From assembly GCF_009914755.1 (NCBI RefSeq), contig NC_060934.1: a stretch of 64,000 nt of DNA, one strand, 5' to 3'. This document shows positions 39,654 through 51,827 of the stretch, in pieces. The stretch comes from the human T2T-CHM13v2.0 reference genome, Homo sapiens. The notes beneath the pieces were generated by a model. It saw only the letters and a program-made list of their open reading frames with translations. It was not told the origin of the DNA and ran no database searches. The translations under genes and the position numbers were made by a program. Each line of letters opens with the position of its first letter. The stretch's first letter is position 1.

Positions 39654-42600
39654 GTACGGTCATTCACTCCACGGTATTCATTTCGTTGCATCTTTTTATT
39701 TTTGCTTTTTCTCTTTATCTCTCTGTGCCTGTGTCTTGGAGGCAGTTTTCAATTCAGCATCTGACTTTGGTATTCAGAGCTTTTGAAGCTCTATGCTGTG
39801 CCTGTTCCTGCCACCTCCCTTCCCCTGGTTGCCGTGGGCTGGGGGAGGTAGGCATTTTGATTAGTCAACAGAAAGACTTCCTACCTCCCAGTTTGGCCTG
39901 TTATGAGTAAAGGACAGATGATTAAGCACCCACGTCATTGAGGCTGAGATTTCATAGTGGGTGACACAATGACATAGTTTACTCTGCTTGTGTCAAAAAT
40001 AGACCAGCTGAACCGTCCTCTTTCTGAATGTGTTCATCTAAATGTGTTTTGGAGATTAACAGAGGATGAAATTAGAAATAGCTAGAATTAATCTTTTTAG
40101 TTATGTATTTTTCAAAGTCACTTCTAATTTACATTAGACTAAAATTAAAGATACATAGCAAAATATTTAGATGTATACATATGCCCACAAGCATTTATAT
40201 ACTTTTAAAGATCTCTGTTAACATAGAATGAAAGTAAATTCTACGCTGTTGTTCAAGACCCAGGTCAATTTTTTACCTAAGCATTCTTTGGAATCTTGAA
40301 AGTGCATGCATGCCTGAAGTATTTTGCACGACAAAGGGTAAAGTATCACTTTATATTTTTAGACTTACCTTTCTGACTTTTGTGGGCTTGGGTCAGATTT
40401 CCATGGTTCTGTTTACTGCATTTAGGTGTTATTTTTGTGCTAAAGACAGCAATCGTCCCTTTAGGATTTTAGTTGACGAACAGATTTCAACTGACACCAG
40501 TTTCCAGATCAAATAACTAAACTTCTGAAAATGGGACCATTTTGATTAGTGGTGAATTTGGAAGAGTCTGACGTAGAAAAAAAAAAACATGAGTTAAGTT
40601 CTGTGTTGACAGTCTACTGTTTCTCTGCCATGTACTCTACCTCCTTCCCAGTGTAATGAAGTAAATCTTAGACTTTCACATTCTAAAAAATCTTATCTTT
40701 AAGCATCATTGTTTCATTAGGAAATTCTAAGGACTTTTTTGCTTAGAATTTCTTCATACTTCTAAGATTCCAAAGGGTTAAGAAGAGATCAACCAGTAGA
40801 AATGTGTATTTTCCAGTTTCTTGCTGAAAACAAATCTCTTTCCCTAAAGTTATTGTTGTTCTGCACATTTAACTTTCTGCGAATTAACTCCACATGGATG
40901 CCATGAATGACATTTTCTTGTAAGTTGGACACCTCAGCCCTAGAACTATCTACCTAGGACTTTGGTTTCCATCGTCTTGAAGGATGTCAGCAGGAACAGT
41001 TCATTCCCTACTATGTAGTTTGCAAGATCCTGCAGAATGGCGCAAGAAGGTTTCAAGACCATAACATTCAGCAGAGCTTGTACTGCCCATGCCTTCTGTT
41101 GGTGCCCAGCCCATCCTTCTTGGTTGACAGCATTTGTTTACTCCAGCATATTCTGTACCTGAGCCCGGCAGGATAAAGCTCCTTCCCATGCCACTTGGAA
41201 TCACCACCAAGGTCTGCTTCTGAGAATTTTACAGAACTCATACAATTGATCTGAAAGAGCAGACCTCCAATGTTTCTTTCCATGGAAGGCAGCTCAGAAC
41301 TCACTGTTGGGTTCACAAAGCCGAGAAGAACAAGAGCCTGCTATACAGATGGGCCGTATTTGATGTTCACTGACTTCTTAACAAGAAGGATAGAAGTCAG
41401 TCCTGGGTTTTCTAAGTGACGCCTTTACTCCATCCCCGCAACAGTGCTGCCCGTCAGAATCTTTACAAAGAGATGGATCATTCTTCCACCGTTGGTGTTC
41501 AATGGTGAACAGATGAATGTCATGCTGCAGTCAGCTCCTAGGGACTGGTCTAATGGCTTGGCTCTTTTCAGAGTCTTGGATTACAGTCATGCCTTGGCTG
41601 CTTCCAGTGGGTCTGGCAAGACCACTTAAGCAAAAAGATCAGTAGGTATGAAGTGTGACGAGCTTGTCTGTTGACACCAACAGGCAGATGTAAAATCCCT
41701 ACAGAATGAACAAGCCACATCTGGGATGAGGACAGTCATTAAAAAGCATGTGTGTCTTAACATGGTCTTTTCTCATGAAACACTGCAGTAGAGATTATGA
41801 GTCTGTGACCATCTAATCATCTGTTGAATTGAAAGCAGCATCTTAGAGGACAGTGAGCTGTTTGACTTTGTGACCAAGACCCATGTGACTGTTTCTTTTT
41901 AAAAGTGCCTCAAACAGACCATTTCTAACTAAGCACCAACTTCATGCAGCTCCACACAGCAAAGCTCTTAGAGTGGGACCCACTGGGTTTGTTGTGTTCA
42001 TGACTGGAAAAATAAGTCAAGTGATTTGCCGGTCGCCATCAAAACGTTGCACTCCCTCAATGAGAACATGAAAACCAGCTTTGCAAGACCATGTTTTCCA
42101 ACGGAGAGAGAATTACATGGCTCCCCAAAGACAGCAAGTGTCACGTGGGGAGGAAACTACCAGTTCTTTGAAGATCTCATGACTGTGTTCAGCCCAAATC
42201 CTGCCATTTTTTTCTGGAATAATCTTAAAGCAGTGAACCTGAGGCCCAGGCCTTTCATAGAGTGATCTATAACAGAAATCTTCATGGCATAGGACCCTAA
42301 TAAAAGGCCTACATTGATAGAAGGCAAATTATTTTTAATATCCCGTATGCATTTTCTGAAGGGCAGAAGTGTATTACAGGTGGTTTATATTCTAAAAGGA
42401 ACACAAAAAAGGAAACTGTGGTGGGAAGTGTGTTCATTTAAACCATAAACATACTTTCTATATTTCACAAATGTGATACTTTCATTATTTTCAATATTTT
42501 TCCTCTCATTTGGTCCTCAGAACTATTCCCAGGGATTATCATTTTTGCTTTACTAAGGTAGAAACTGAGGGTCACCTAGCAAGTTAGCAACCAAACCAAG

Positions 42601-43479
42601 ATTAGAACTCTAGCTTTTTGTATTGCTGGTTCAGCACATCTTACTGCCCCAGTTGAAGGCTGGATTAGTTATAACTCAATCCCGTGGAAGGATGTTGTTA
42701 ATATCAAATAGGTGGTGGATCATTGAAAACGTTAAATGTTGATTCTTTAATTAGCACCTCCTCAATCATTTTGGAAACCCCAAAGTACTTAGTGAACTCA
42801 ACAGGTGTATGGTGTTCAGGTCAGGAAAAACAGATCTAGTAATTAACTGTCACCATCAAAAGGCTGGGCTTTCTTAGGTCAACATGAAGACTAGCTCCCA
42901 TTTCCACTACCACCTGCACTGTAATAATTTAATAGATTGAAATGCTGAGAATGCTTTGGGTAAATGTAAAAACATACAGAAAGGAACTTGATTTAGTCCT
43001 ACCCAGAATCAGAATAATACCCTAAAGAGCTCATTTATCTTAACTGAAAAAAAAAAATATCAAGCTAGAACAAGAAAAGAAGCTTCTGTTTACTTGTTCA
43101 CTTCTTACTAAGTACCTGGCCTCCCCAGGAGCAGCATGCTGGCAAGCCCACTGAGATTCAGGACAGAGTTCAGTAGGCAGCAGCCTGGCTTCATTTGGAG
43201 CCTTTGCTATGTAGCAGGGAGTCTGGGTTACTTTGGACCTGGTTCATGCACCCCTCTGTGTCTTCTTTCTGTTTCTGAGTGTTTCTACACAGATGAGGAA
43301 GAGGGTTAAGCAGCTCTCTACACACCAAGGAGCTCAAACCTTATTCTCCTTTTAACAGTGGTTCTTCTGACCTAATAATATAGGTAGTTGGCCCATTATC
43401 ACTGCAAATTTAAGACTCAGTCAGTTTTGTACACAAACCTGAGAGATCTACTCCTTTATGTTATAAAATTGGGGTTTGG

Positions 43480-44110
43480 AGTGGGGCAGACCTGAGTTCT
43501 AAACCCAGAGGTCTGCCCCTTCCAAACCATACATGACCTCACTAAGCTCTAGTTTCCTCAACTGTAAAATGTGGCTAAATATCTCCCTTTTACAATTCTC
43601 AGGAACATGAAGGTAGAGTATGTGAAGCCCACAGCACTGTATCTAGCTCATTGTAGGTGCTCAATTGAAAACTGATTTCCTTCCCCTTTGCTCAATATAC
43701 AATAGGAGGAATGGAGCTCCTTGACACATTGGAAACCCCCTAGATTTGTCTTTTGCTTTTCATTTGATAAATCACATTTCTAAGTGGTAGGTTTCGTAAT
43801 GCCTGGTGATAAGATAGGCTTTTTAATTAGAAGTTTGTTTTCATTACCAATTTAATATTTGTATTAAGAGTGTCAGAAAAGTATAACATTTAAAACCATA
43901 AGCCCTAAAGTAAGGCTGCCTGGGCTTAAATTCCAGATTCCCCACTTACTAACTAGGGCATGATCTTGTGATGTTGTACATGCTGCTCATCCTGTCTACC
44001 TCCGTTTCTTCATTTCTAATACGAAAATAATAACTACCTCATTCGGGTTTTAAGTTTGAAATAACACATAAACAGCGTTGAGAATGGAGCCTGGCTGCCC
44101 AGGAAACACT
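43480..44110 (+). mobile_element. Two MIR copies (about 43480-43670 and 43890-44110)
   Basis: ctctagtttcctcaactgtaaaatg; ccccacttactaact...ccgtttcttcatttctaa. Confidence 0.7.
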
Positions 44111-45397
44111 CAGGAAGGGGTGGGAGGCAATACAAATTAAAACTGGAGTGATGTTATGATTTCAAGAAGCCATTAAATTATAGATTTCATCAGAACTTTA
44201 GATCCAACAGCCTAAAATTTGGCAGTGAAAAATGATGACAACATAAAGTTTCACGGGATGTTCGCCTTCATATAATGTTAGAGAGTACAAAATCTACATG
44301 GGAAAATTGTTTTAGTCCCATTTCCATAGCCCCTTAAAAGTTAAAATCCTACCTAGAAGCCCCATTGAATCAGTTTCAGAGGAAGTTTTATCTTTGCAGG
44401 ACCAGTCGAAAGATATTAAACTGTATGTGTTCACTTGAGAGAATAAGCAATGAAGAACTCCTGCAGAGAATGTACTTTCCTTTACTAAATAAGCATAGTC
44501 TTTTATGTTCTTAATGCTTAGGAAGGAGGAGCTGCAGGGAAAGAAAAAGGGTTCGAAATCCTGTAATGGACAGCATTGTAGAATATGTGGGACATTTTTA
44601 TTCGTAACATTTCCCCAGCACTTGCCCTCTTCTCTCCCGATGTCAGTTACGGAGATGTAAAGAATATTGGAATGTACACATTCCCCATGGGCACACTTGA
44701 ACTCAGAGTCTGACCCTTTGTACTTCCCCCTTTTACAATTAAAATAGCTCAGCAACTTAGCGTTATATTTAACGACCATCAAAGTCCTCTTGTAGAACAT
44801 GGCAGTGAGGAGGGAAAGTTAGGTTAGCCGCCCGATATGCCAAGTTCCCTGTCTGCCTACAGTGTGGAAGGAAGAACATCTGGAGACTTTACCGCCTTTT
44901 ATTTTTTAATTATGGAGCTTTATACTCACTCTTCTTGGGTTTTTAGCTGACCTCTACTCTTTCTTTTGTGGCAAGTTAACATCTTATTCTTAGAGCTGAC
45001 TGATAAAGCAAGAAGCCCTCATTAAACAGTGAGATCTTTTGTTTCCTACTGAGGGTGTACCCCCGCATCACTCTTGGGTGGCAAACAGCAGAGGCCTTGC
45101 TGGTATTGCTGATGCCAGCATCTGCTGGTATTGACTTGTTTTTCAAGGTTGCTGGAGAGAATAGCAACAAGAGTGGTTTACTACAAAGAAATAGACTTGC
45201 CTTTCATTTTGATACAAAGTATAAAATATGGTTCTATTTGTTAAGGAGGCAGGGTTTGTTCAAGGACATTAACTGATGCTTCTCCTTAAGAAAATAAAAT
45301 GTATTGATATAGAGAGACAAAAGAATGTTTCTACCAGATGCAAAGGCTATCTCTCATTTCACATCAACATACTTGTCAGGAGTCTAAAAGAAGCTGG

Positions 45398-45596
45398 CAT
45401 AGTTTGGCAAACTATGACCCACTGGCTGGCAATTTCTGTCAATAAAGTTTTATTGGAACACAGCCACACCCATTTGTTAACATATTGCTGATGCCTGCTG
45501 TCCTACTAGTGTTGAATAGTTGCAACAGAGACTGTATGACCCAGAAGCCTACAATATTTACGATGTGGCCCTTTACAGAAATTTGACATCCCCTGG
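45398..45596. mobile_element. MER58A-like hAT-Charlie MITE
   Basis: ggcaaactatgaccc...aataaagttttattggaacacagccac...tggccctttacagaaa...cccctg. Confidence 0.85.
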
Positions 45597-45770
45597 CCTC
45601 AGACAATTCATCTTCAGTGATGCCTCTGAAAAGCTATTAAAAGCAGGGATAATTTACCGGTTCACCCTTAGCACTCACTGAAAAGTGTTGCTGGCTCTGT
45701 CACTAGCTATGTCTTGGTAAGCATCCTGGGGCTGTGCCTCGTCTGATGTGGTATATTTTCCCTTTTCCAG

Positions 45771-45972
45771 GTGAAATGTGAGGCCAGGTCAGCCTTGACC
45801 AAGCCGAAGAATAACCATAACTGTAAAAAAGTCTCAAATGAAGAAAAACCAAAGGTTGCCATTGGTGAAGAGTGCAGGGCAGATGAACAAGCCTTCTTGG
45901 TGGCACTTTATAAATACATGAAAGAAAGGAAAACGCCGATAGAACGAATACCCTATTTAGGTTTTAAACAGA
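45771..45972 (+). CDS. ARID5B: ARID5B coding exon (exon 6), 202 bp: VKCEARSALTKPK...RADEQAFLVALYKYMKERKTPIERIPYLGFKQ(I); start of ARID domain
   Basis: Acceptor ccttttccag| and donor CAGA|gtgagt; ORF track 45771..45998. Confidence 0.98.
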
Positions 45973-47896
45973 GTGAGTATACTTGTTTTCGTTTCTGAAT
46001 TATCAGAGCTGCTCAGATTCTTTGAATTGGAAAAAATAATTTTGACTCAGGATTATGTTGAAATCCTAATCTGGGGATAGTGCTCTCTGTTTATACTAAA
46101 TCCATAAATGTTCCAGGCCAAGAATTTTTTCCCTGCCTTTTTCCGCTACATTGTTCCCTTCTGGGACAGTTGCAGTGAGATATTTATAGGCTTGAATCCA
46201 CTGATTATGACTGGAAATAGACATGTTGAAAGTTTCTCATTTGCTGTTTTGTCAATCTTGAGTGTCTGTGACGCCTTTCTTGTGAGATAATAATATGACG
46301 TAGCTTTATCAGGCACAGATGTTGCCTGTGAAAAAAACAGCTTTTAAAAGGAGGACATTTAAAGATGGACAAAACAACCACAAAGGGAAAACACATTTCC
46401 TAAGCCCCAAATGTGTTAAAATATAACAAAAATCCAACTTCAGAGAAAACAAGAAATACACAAATTGGAACAGAGGGCCTAATTTTGAATTACTTTGACA
46501 TGTACATTTAAATATAAGTGTCATTGTATATTTGCAAGGAGAACAGGAAACTCATAGCCAAACAGAATTCCAAATCAAAAGAGAAGAAATCCAGATCCTG
46601 CCTTGATTTTGCAACCGAATATATATTTTGCCTCTGTCTGGATTTAGTGGTGCACAAAGCGATGAGCCTCTGGCTTGAAATAGTATTTTCTCCAAATGTA
46701 TCTTCGTAGATTAAAACCATGTGTCATTTTGATGAAGAATGTCAAAACTGTGTGTTTTACATAACAATTTACATACCTAATAGCAATTGGCACTGATTGC
46801 AGGAGAACACTCGCAGCCATTATAAACTTATATAACTACGAATGATTACAATGTTTGTCTGAAAACTGGTTGCTTGAAATAGAAGTAAAATTAATGTATT
46901 ATGAACAGCTTTGTTGCATTATGCATTGGTTCAGATTAAATCAAGGCCGAGGCAGGGCTCTTGATAGCTCTGAAGTAGTGCAAGGTTCAATGAGGCTTTG
47001 CGAACATGTTGTGTCAAAGAGCCTTTAAAAATAAAAATCATTTTATTCTTCATTTCCCTTACCAAGGAATCACTTGAAGTTCAATTTTCCCCTCATGTAA
47101 AAAAATCAAATCCATAGCAGTCCCATTCCATGGTGTTTGGTATAAATGAACAGGGTTGCTAGCAATTTGGTATAGTTGTTTAACAGCATAAACATATACA
47201 AACTCTGCAAAGAGAAATCTGTTTGAAAAAAATATATTTGCAACATCACACAGGCCAGTTAGGGGACTAAGTGGGTTCATGATTCAATTCCTCTCTGAAT
47301 GAATGTCTTCCTTCCCTTTTATCTGTTGTATCACTGTGGCCTCCACGTGAAATATTTGTTTTCCTACTCACTGCCAGCCACCACATGTTGGTGAAATACT
47401 GTATGAACCTTTAATATAGTGCTGCCATCAGACATTCTATTAAGAAGGTAATCGTATATTAAAGTGGCTGTTATTTATTGATTATGGAGAGTTCTTATAT
47501 GAGAGAAGCTCTATATATTACTGTTTAATCAATGGCGTCTAAGGGTCGAACAAGACCAACCCCAGTTTTGAGAGCCCATGCTTTTTCCCAAAGACATCTA
47601 ATTTAGCTTCTCTTGCTCTGCTGATGACAGTAGGACTAAAACTCTTGCCTTTATCCTAAAAGTAGAACCATTTTTGTAGCTTTATGACTGTTTCTTAAGA
47701 AATGTTTTAAGTGGTAATAATAGATTCTGTTGTCAAATGCCCTTTGGGCAAATTGTTTCCTAAGAACTTAGCTCTCTGGGGTACTTTAGTATTTCTTTTT
47801 TTCTCTTTCTCGTTGAAAAAAAAAATGTTTTAATTGACATTTCTTGGAAGTATGTTAATGCAATGCTTATCTAAATACTTATTGTCCCTCTAACAG

Positions 47897-47949
47897 TTAA
47901 CCTTTGGACTATGTTTCAAGCTGCTCAAAAACTGGGAGGATATGAAACA
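47897..47949 (+). CDS. ARID5B: ARID5B coding exon (exon 7), 53 bp: (I)NLWTMFQAAQKLGGYET
   Basis: Acceptor ctctaacag| and donor ACA|gtaagt; completes ATT codon with previous exon; ARID core LGGY motif. Confidence 0.97.
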
Positions 47950-49689
47950 GTAAGTGTTTAAGCAACTTAAATGAAATAATTTTGCAATCTAACTTTTCCC
48001 CTCTCTTTGACCAAAATGGAGAACATGCAAGGGCAAAACATCACTGACTGCCTTTTCAAATGGCTCTACACTTTTGGGGGTTTATTGGGCCGCTTTGGAA
48101 ACAGTCCCAATTAGTTCCAGGTTTGGCAAAATTGTAAACTTGTCGTAAAAACTACAAGTGGAAAACATATGTAACTCTCCCCTGTCAGGGAAATTAGTTG
48201 GGTCTGTAATTTTTTCCCATGTTGAGAAAGGGCTATTATTGTACAACAAGCCAAGATTGCATAAAAGAAATTTCCCTTGGCAACATACCTGACATCTGTT
48301 CATGTCTAATATGGGAAATGTATTAAAGGCTTTCAAAAGTAATCAGTATTGGCCATTAAGGAATAGAATGCAGCAGAATCTCCTCTCATTCTAGGGCAAA
48401 GAAGCTTTATTAGACAAGGGTCAGTGCTGCATAAACAGGAAGTTATCAAACTTATTCGGAACAGGCTCTGACACTCTTTATCAGCTAATTCTAACTGACA
48501 GCAATGGGTTATTTTTAGCCCACAGGAAAATTTGATGGCCACGGATTTTTACAGCATGTATTTTGAACCAATGAAACATTACAGCAACAAACTGAGATTA
48601 AAATCTTTAAATAAGAAAGAGCTGCATAAATATAACCCACAGAGATGACATCTGTAATATAATCAATTGACATAGGAAGATGTTGTCATTGGGAATACTT
48701 TCTCCTCCACACAATGATCAGATTAAGTTGTGTAGTTTCTTCTTGCAATTGAATAAGAACTTATTTTTTCATTCCCTGAGAAGTAATCTGGGATATCTCT
48801 GTACCATAGTAAAATGACAGTAAGACACACAAAGTCAAGAAAATGAAATTCATTTTAGCCCAAACGTAATAACCAGTGCTTCTTGCCAGATAAAGCACAT
48901 TGTTCCACAAACTAATATAATGGTTTGATGTGCGGGTCTTGGGATGGGGAAAGAGGACAAGCATTATGTGGTTCAGATAATCTGGTATTTTCTGTTGAGC
49001 TATCTGCTATGAATTCCGACTAAAAATTCTTTCATATGAATAATATGTGCTTGTAATATGTTTCATATATGGCGTATGTACACATGTTTATAAAGAAATA
49101 TAGTCACATGGACTACATATAAAATGTGCATTTCATATTCATAAATTTACTTGAAATATTTATTTTATCAAGTGACCTATGTAAAAATAGTAATTTTTCA
49201 CTTAGTGGAGTCTTTTGATAGGATCAGGATATGAACTCCTTGCCACTGTAGCTCATAGTTTATGGCAAAATCTTGAGCTAATTATAGCCCTCATTCATGT
49301 AAAAAAAAATGGTAACTTATTCAGGGTTAGTCTCATAAACGTAGAAGTCAACCCAATAGGCTAGACTTTCAAGTCTAGCTTTTAATGTTTAGAATAGGAA
49401 TATACGTTTTTATATGAACCATGACTGCAGATAGTTATATGATATTGAACAATATTATGAAACGTCTTTTCACACTCTGGAACTTTTTGTTATTCACTGA
49501 TAGGGAGAGTGCCAACAATTTCACAGAATCAGTTTTTCCTGCTTTTGTGTCTTCTGTATCTTCACAAAGATTTTTTTTCCATGCAACAGCAAGTTGATGT
49601 AGAATGTACAGAAGAAAGTTTAATAAATTTCAGGGCATTTGCAGTACTCTTTGAACAAATAGTATTTATCCTTTTGTTGGATGAATGAA

Positions 49690-50290
49690 TGACCACACAA
49701 TCAGCAAAACACCTGACCACATATTTACTGAGTACCTTATGTGTATGAGGCATTGTTTTAGACACTGTTAGATGCAAGGTTTCAGTCAGGCCAGTAATTT
49801 CAGTCCTTAAGTTGCTTACCATCCAAGAGAGCCAATAATGATCAAACAAGGTGGAAAAAGGTCAGTGCCCTACACAGGTAAAGTACTTACTCACGTAGAG
49901 ATGAGAGAAGGAAGGCTTGATGGCTCTGAGGCCATTTGGGAAGAATTCTGGGGAATGGATAAAATTTAGACATGAATGATGGATTATGCCTTCCAGAAAG
50001 AGAGAATGAATCAAATAAGGGAAAATATATGGAGGTAGAATAAGGTTGGGCATGGAGAGTTTGAAAAACATAAAATAGAGTGATGAGGTGGCTGGGACAA
50101 GTGGCCCTGAAGGGAAGTTTCTAGAGAGAAGGATGGAGAGAAGATGGAACCAAGTGAGGAAAGTCCTCCGATGCTAGCTCCCTGATGTTAGGCCTTCAGA
50201 TGCTAGGCCCTTTCATGCTGAGCCTCCAGATGCTATGCCCTCCCATGCCATGCCCCAAAGTTATTCATTAGGCTGTGGGAACTATGGAAA
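49690..50290 (-). mobile_element. L2 fragment
   Basis: catatttactgagtacctt...ccttaagttgcttaccatc...gacatgaatgatgga. Confidence 0.6.
50167..50256. repeat. Degenerate 15-bp tandem repeat, about 6 copies (consensus about CAGATGCTAGGCCCT)
   Basis: ATG anchors at 50171, 50185, 50200, 50215, 50230, 50245. Confidence 0.8.
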
Positions 50291-50294
50291 GTTG

Positions 50295-50513
50295 CCAGTT
50301 CCCCATCTCTGGTGATAAGAGTCGCCCCTCTTTCTGGTACTGTGTGGGCGCCTTCTCAATGGGAAATTTATGCCCTCCTTTTAGGCAGATAGGCAGATAA
50401 GGGGAGGGCAGAGAACTCTTCCTGCATCTGTTGGTTCTCTGTTGCCCTCATCTCAAAATAATCTTTATGCCAACGTGGCATAATTTAGGGGTGACATATT
50501 CTGATCCCCTTCA
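50295..50513 (-). mobile_element. ERV1 LTR 5' fragment (MER34/MER39-like)
   Basis: Reverse complement begins TGAAGGGGATCAGAATATGTCACCCC...ATGCCAC...GGCATAAAGATTATTTTGAG. Confidence 0.75.
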
Positions 50514-50967
50514 CTGGGGCTGGGGAATATGGAGGATCAAATTGGCATCTGCTCTCCATCTGGTCATGAACAGAATTTTAAAAGGCATTTCTGCTTCATC
50601 CCTTCCTCATTTCCTTCCTTCCTTCTTCCTTTTTCTTTCTTTCTTTTTAAATGTTTCATGCTATAGATTGGCCCTGCAGATACTTCAGTTTGCCACCACT
50701 ATTCTACATTTAAGCTTCTGAACCTCCTATAAGTACAGAATACATTTTTCTCTTGGCATATTTTGACTAATAAAACTGTGAGATGTTCAATGGGCATTGA
50801 ATTTTGAAGTCAGTCCAGGAGATGTACAAATAATATCCAAAGTCTGAAGGCTTAAGCTGTCATCACAGAGTTACTAGAGGACACTTATCTTTGACATGAT
50901 CTGATATCAGAAACGAGTGTAGACTTGTAGTCATTTAGAACTCAAAAGAGATCTTAGAGTCTTCTAG

Positions 50968-51135
50968 ATCAGTGGCTCCTAAAAGCTACTCAAGAATAGG
51001 GCTCATGTTTTTAATGGGGAACTTTAAGTGGTTGTTTAGACCCCCACCCCAAGATATAAACTGTGGTGGGGCATGGGCCTGAGAAGCAGAGAATCCTTTT
51101 CTTTTAAGCTGCCCAGGTGATGTTAATTCAAATCC
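50968..51135. mobile_element. MER5-like hAT-Charlie MITE
   Basis: cagtggctcctaaa...ccccacccc...ttttaagctgcccaggtgat. Confidence 0.6.
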
Positions 51136-51729
51136 AGTGATAACAGTGATAAGTAACACTTAGCCAAGTGTTTCCCATGGCTCTTAGCTTCAGAGTGTGA
51201 CCCCTATCTAAGTCAAGTATCAAAGATTTTTCTTCATGCCATTACTACAGAAACAGGGTAGAATACTCATATTCCTTCAGCTCAAGAGCAGCAGAGAGTT
51301 TCTGACAAGTATTTTTGCATTTGGTAAAATGGTAGTCTAAGTTGGAACTCAGTAAACTATTTTTGTTTTCAATGAGGGGAAGTGTAGAACTGTAGTACTC
51401 TCAAATTATTTTTTCTCAAATTGGCCTTTGTGCAAAAAAAAAAAAAAAAAAAAAAGTATGCCTGCTGTGCCCCAGTTCATAGCCTCATTTTACAAGCGAG
51501 AAAACTGAGGCACTGGGAGATGAAATGAGTTGCATGGGATCATCATGGCTTTCTTCAAATTCTGACTCACTGAGAATTTGGTACACAATTGTCTCACCCT
51601 CTGTAGCGTTGCTGAAAGAGATTTATAAATGATTATTCTTTGTGGCTTTCCATTCCTAGCAATCACTAATCTAAAATGCCTCCTACATATTTGGGGCAAT
51701 GTTTTGGGGAAAGGATCTGATAACCTGCC

Positions 51730-51827
51730 TTTTGTAGCATCTTTTAGTCTGTTTTGTAGCATCTTTTAGTCTCTTCTTTGTATTTAACATTTGTAGCTTC
51801 TTTTAGTCTGTTTTTTGTATCTAACAT
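51730..51827. repeat. Local tandem duplication (TTTGTAGCATCTTTTAGTCT x3; two about 37-bp units)
   Basis: Copies start at about 51730, 51752 and 51790. Confidence 0.85.

Noticed and set aside
39406-39786. 126-aa genomic ORF over exon 5
   Set aside because: Its start and stop are intronic; only the exon-5 portion is relevant and is reported as the overlapping ORF
44312-44800. 162-aa minus-strand ORF
   Set aside because: No recognisable homology, poly(A) tail or TSD to suggest a retrocopy
51730-51827. Short direct repeats superficially like repeat-spacer units
   Set aside because: Three copies, adjacent or with similar intervening sequence; a slippage duplication in a primate intron, not CRISPR
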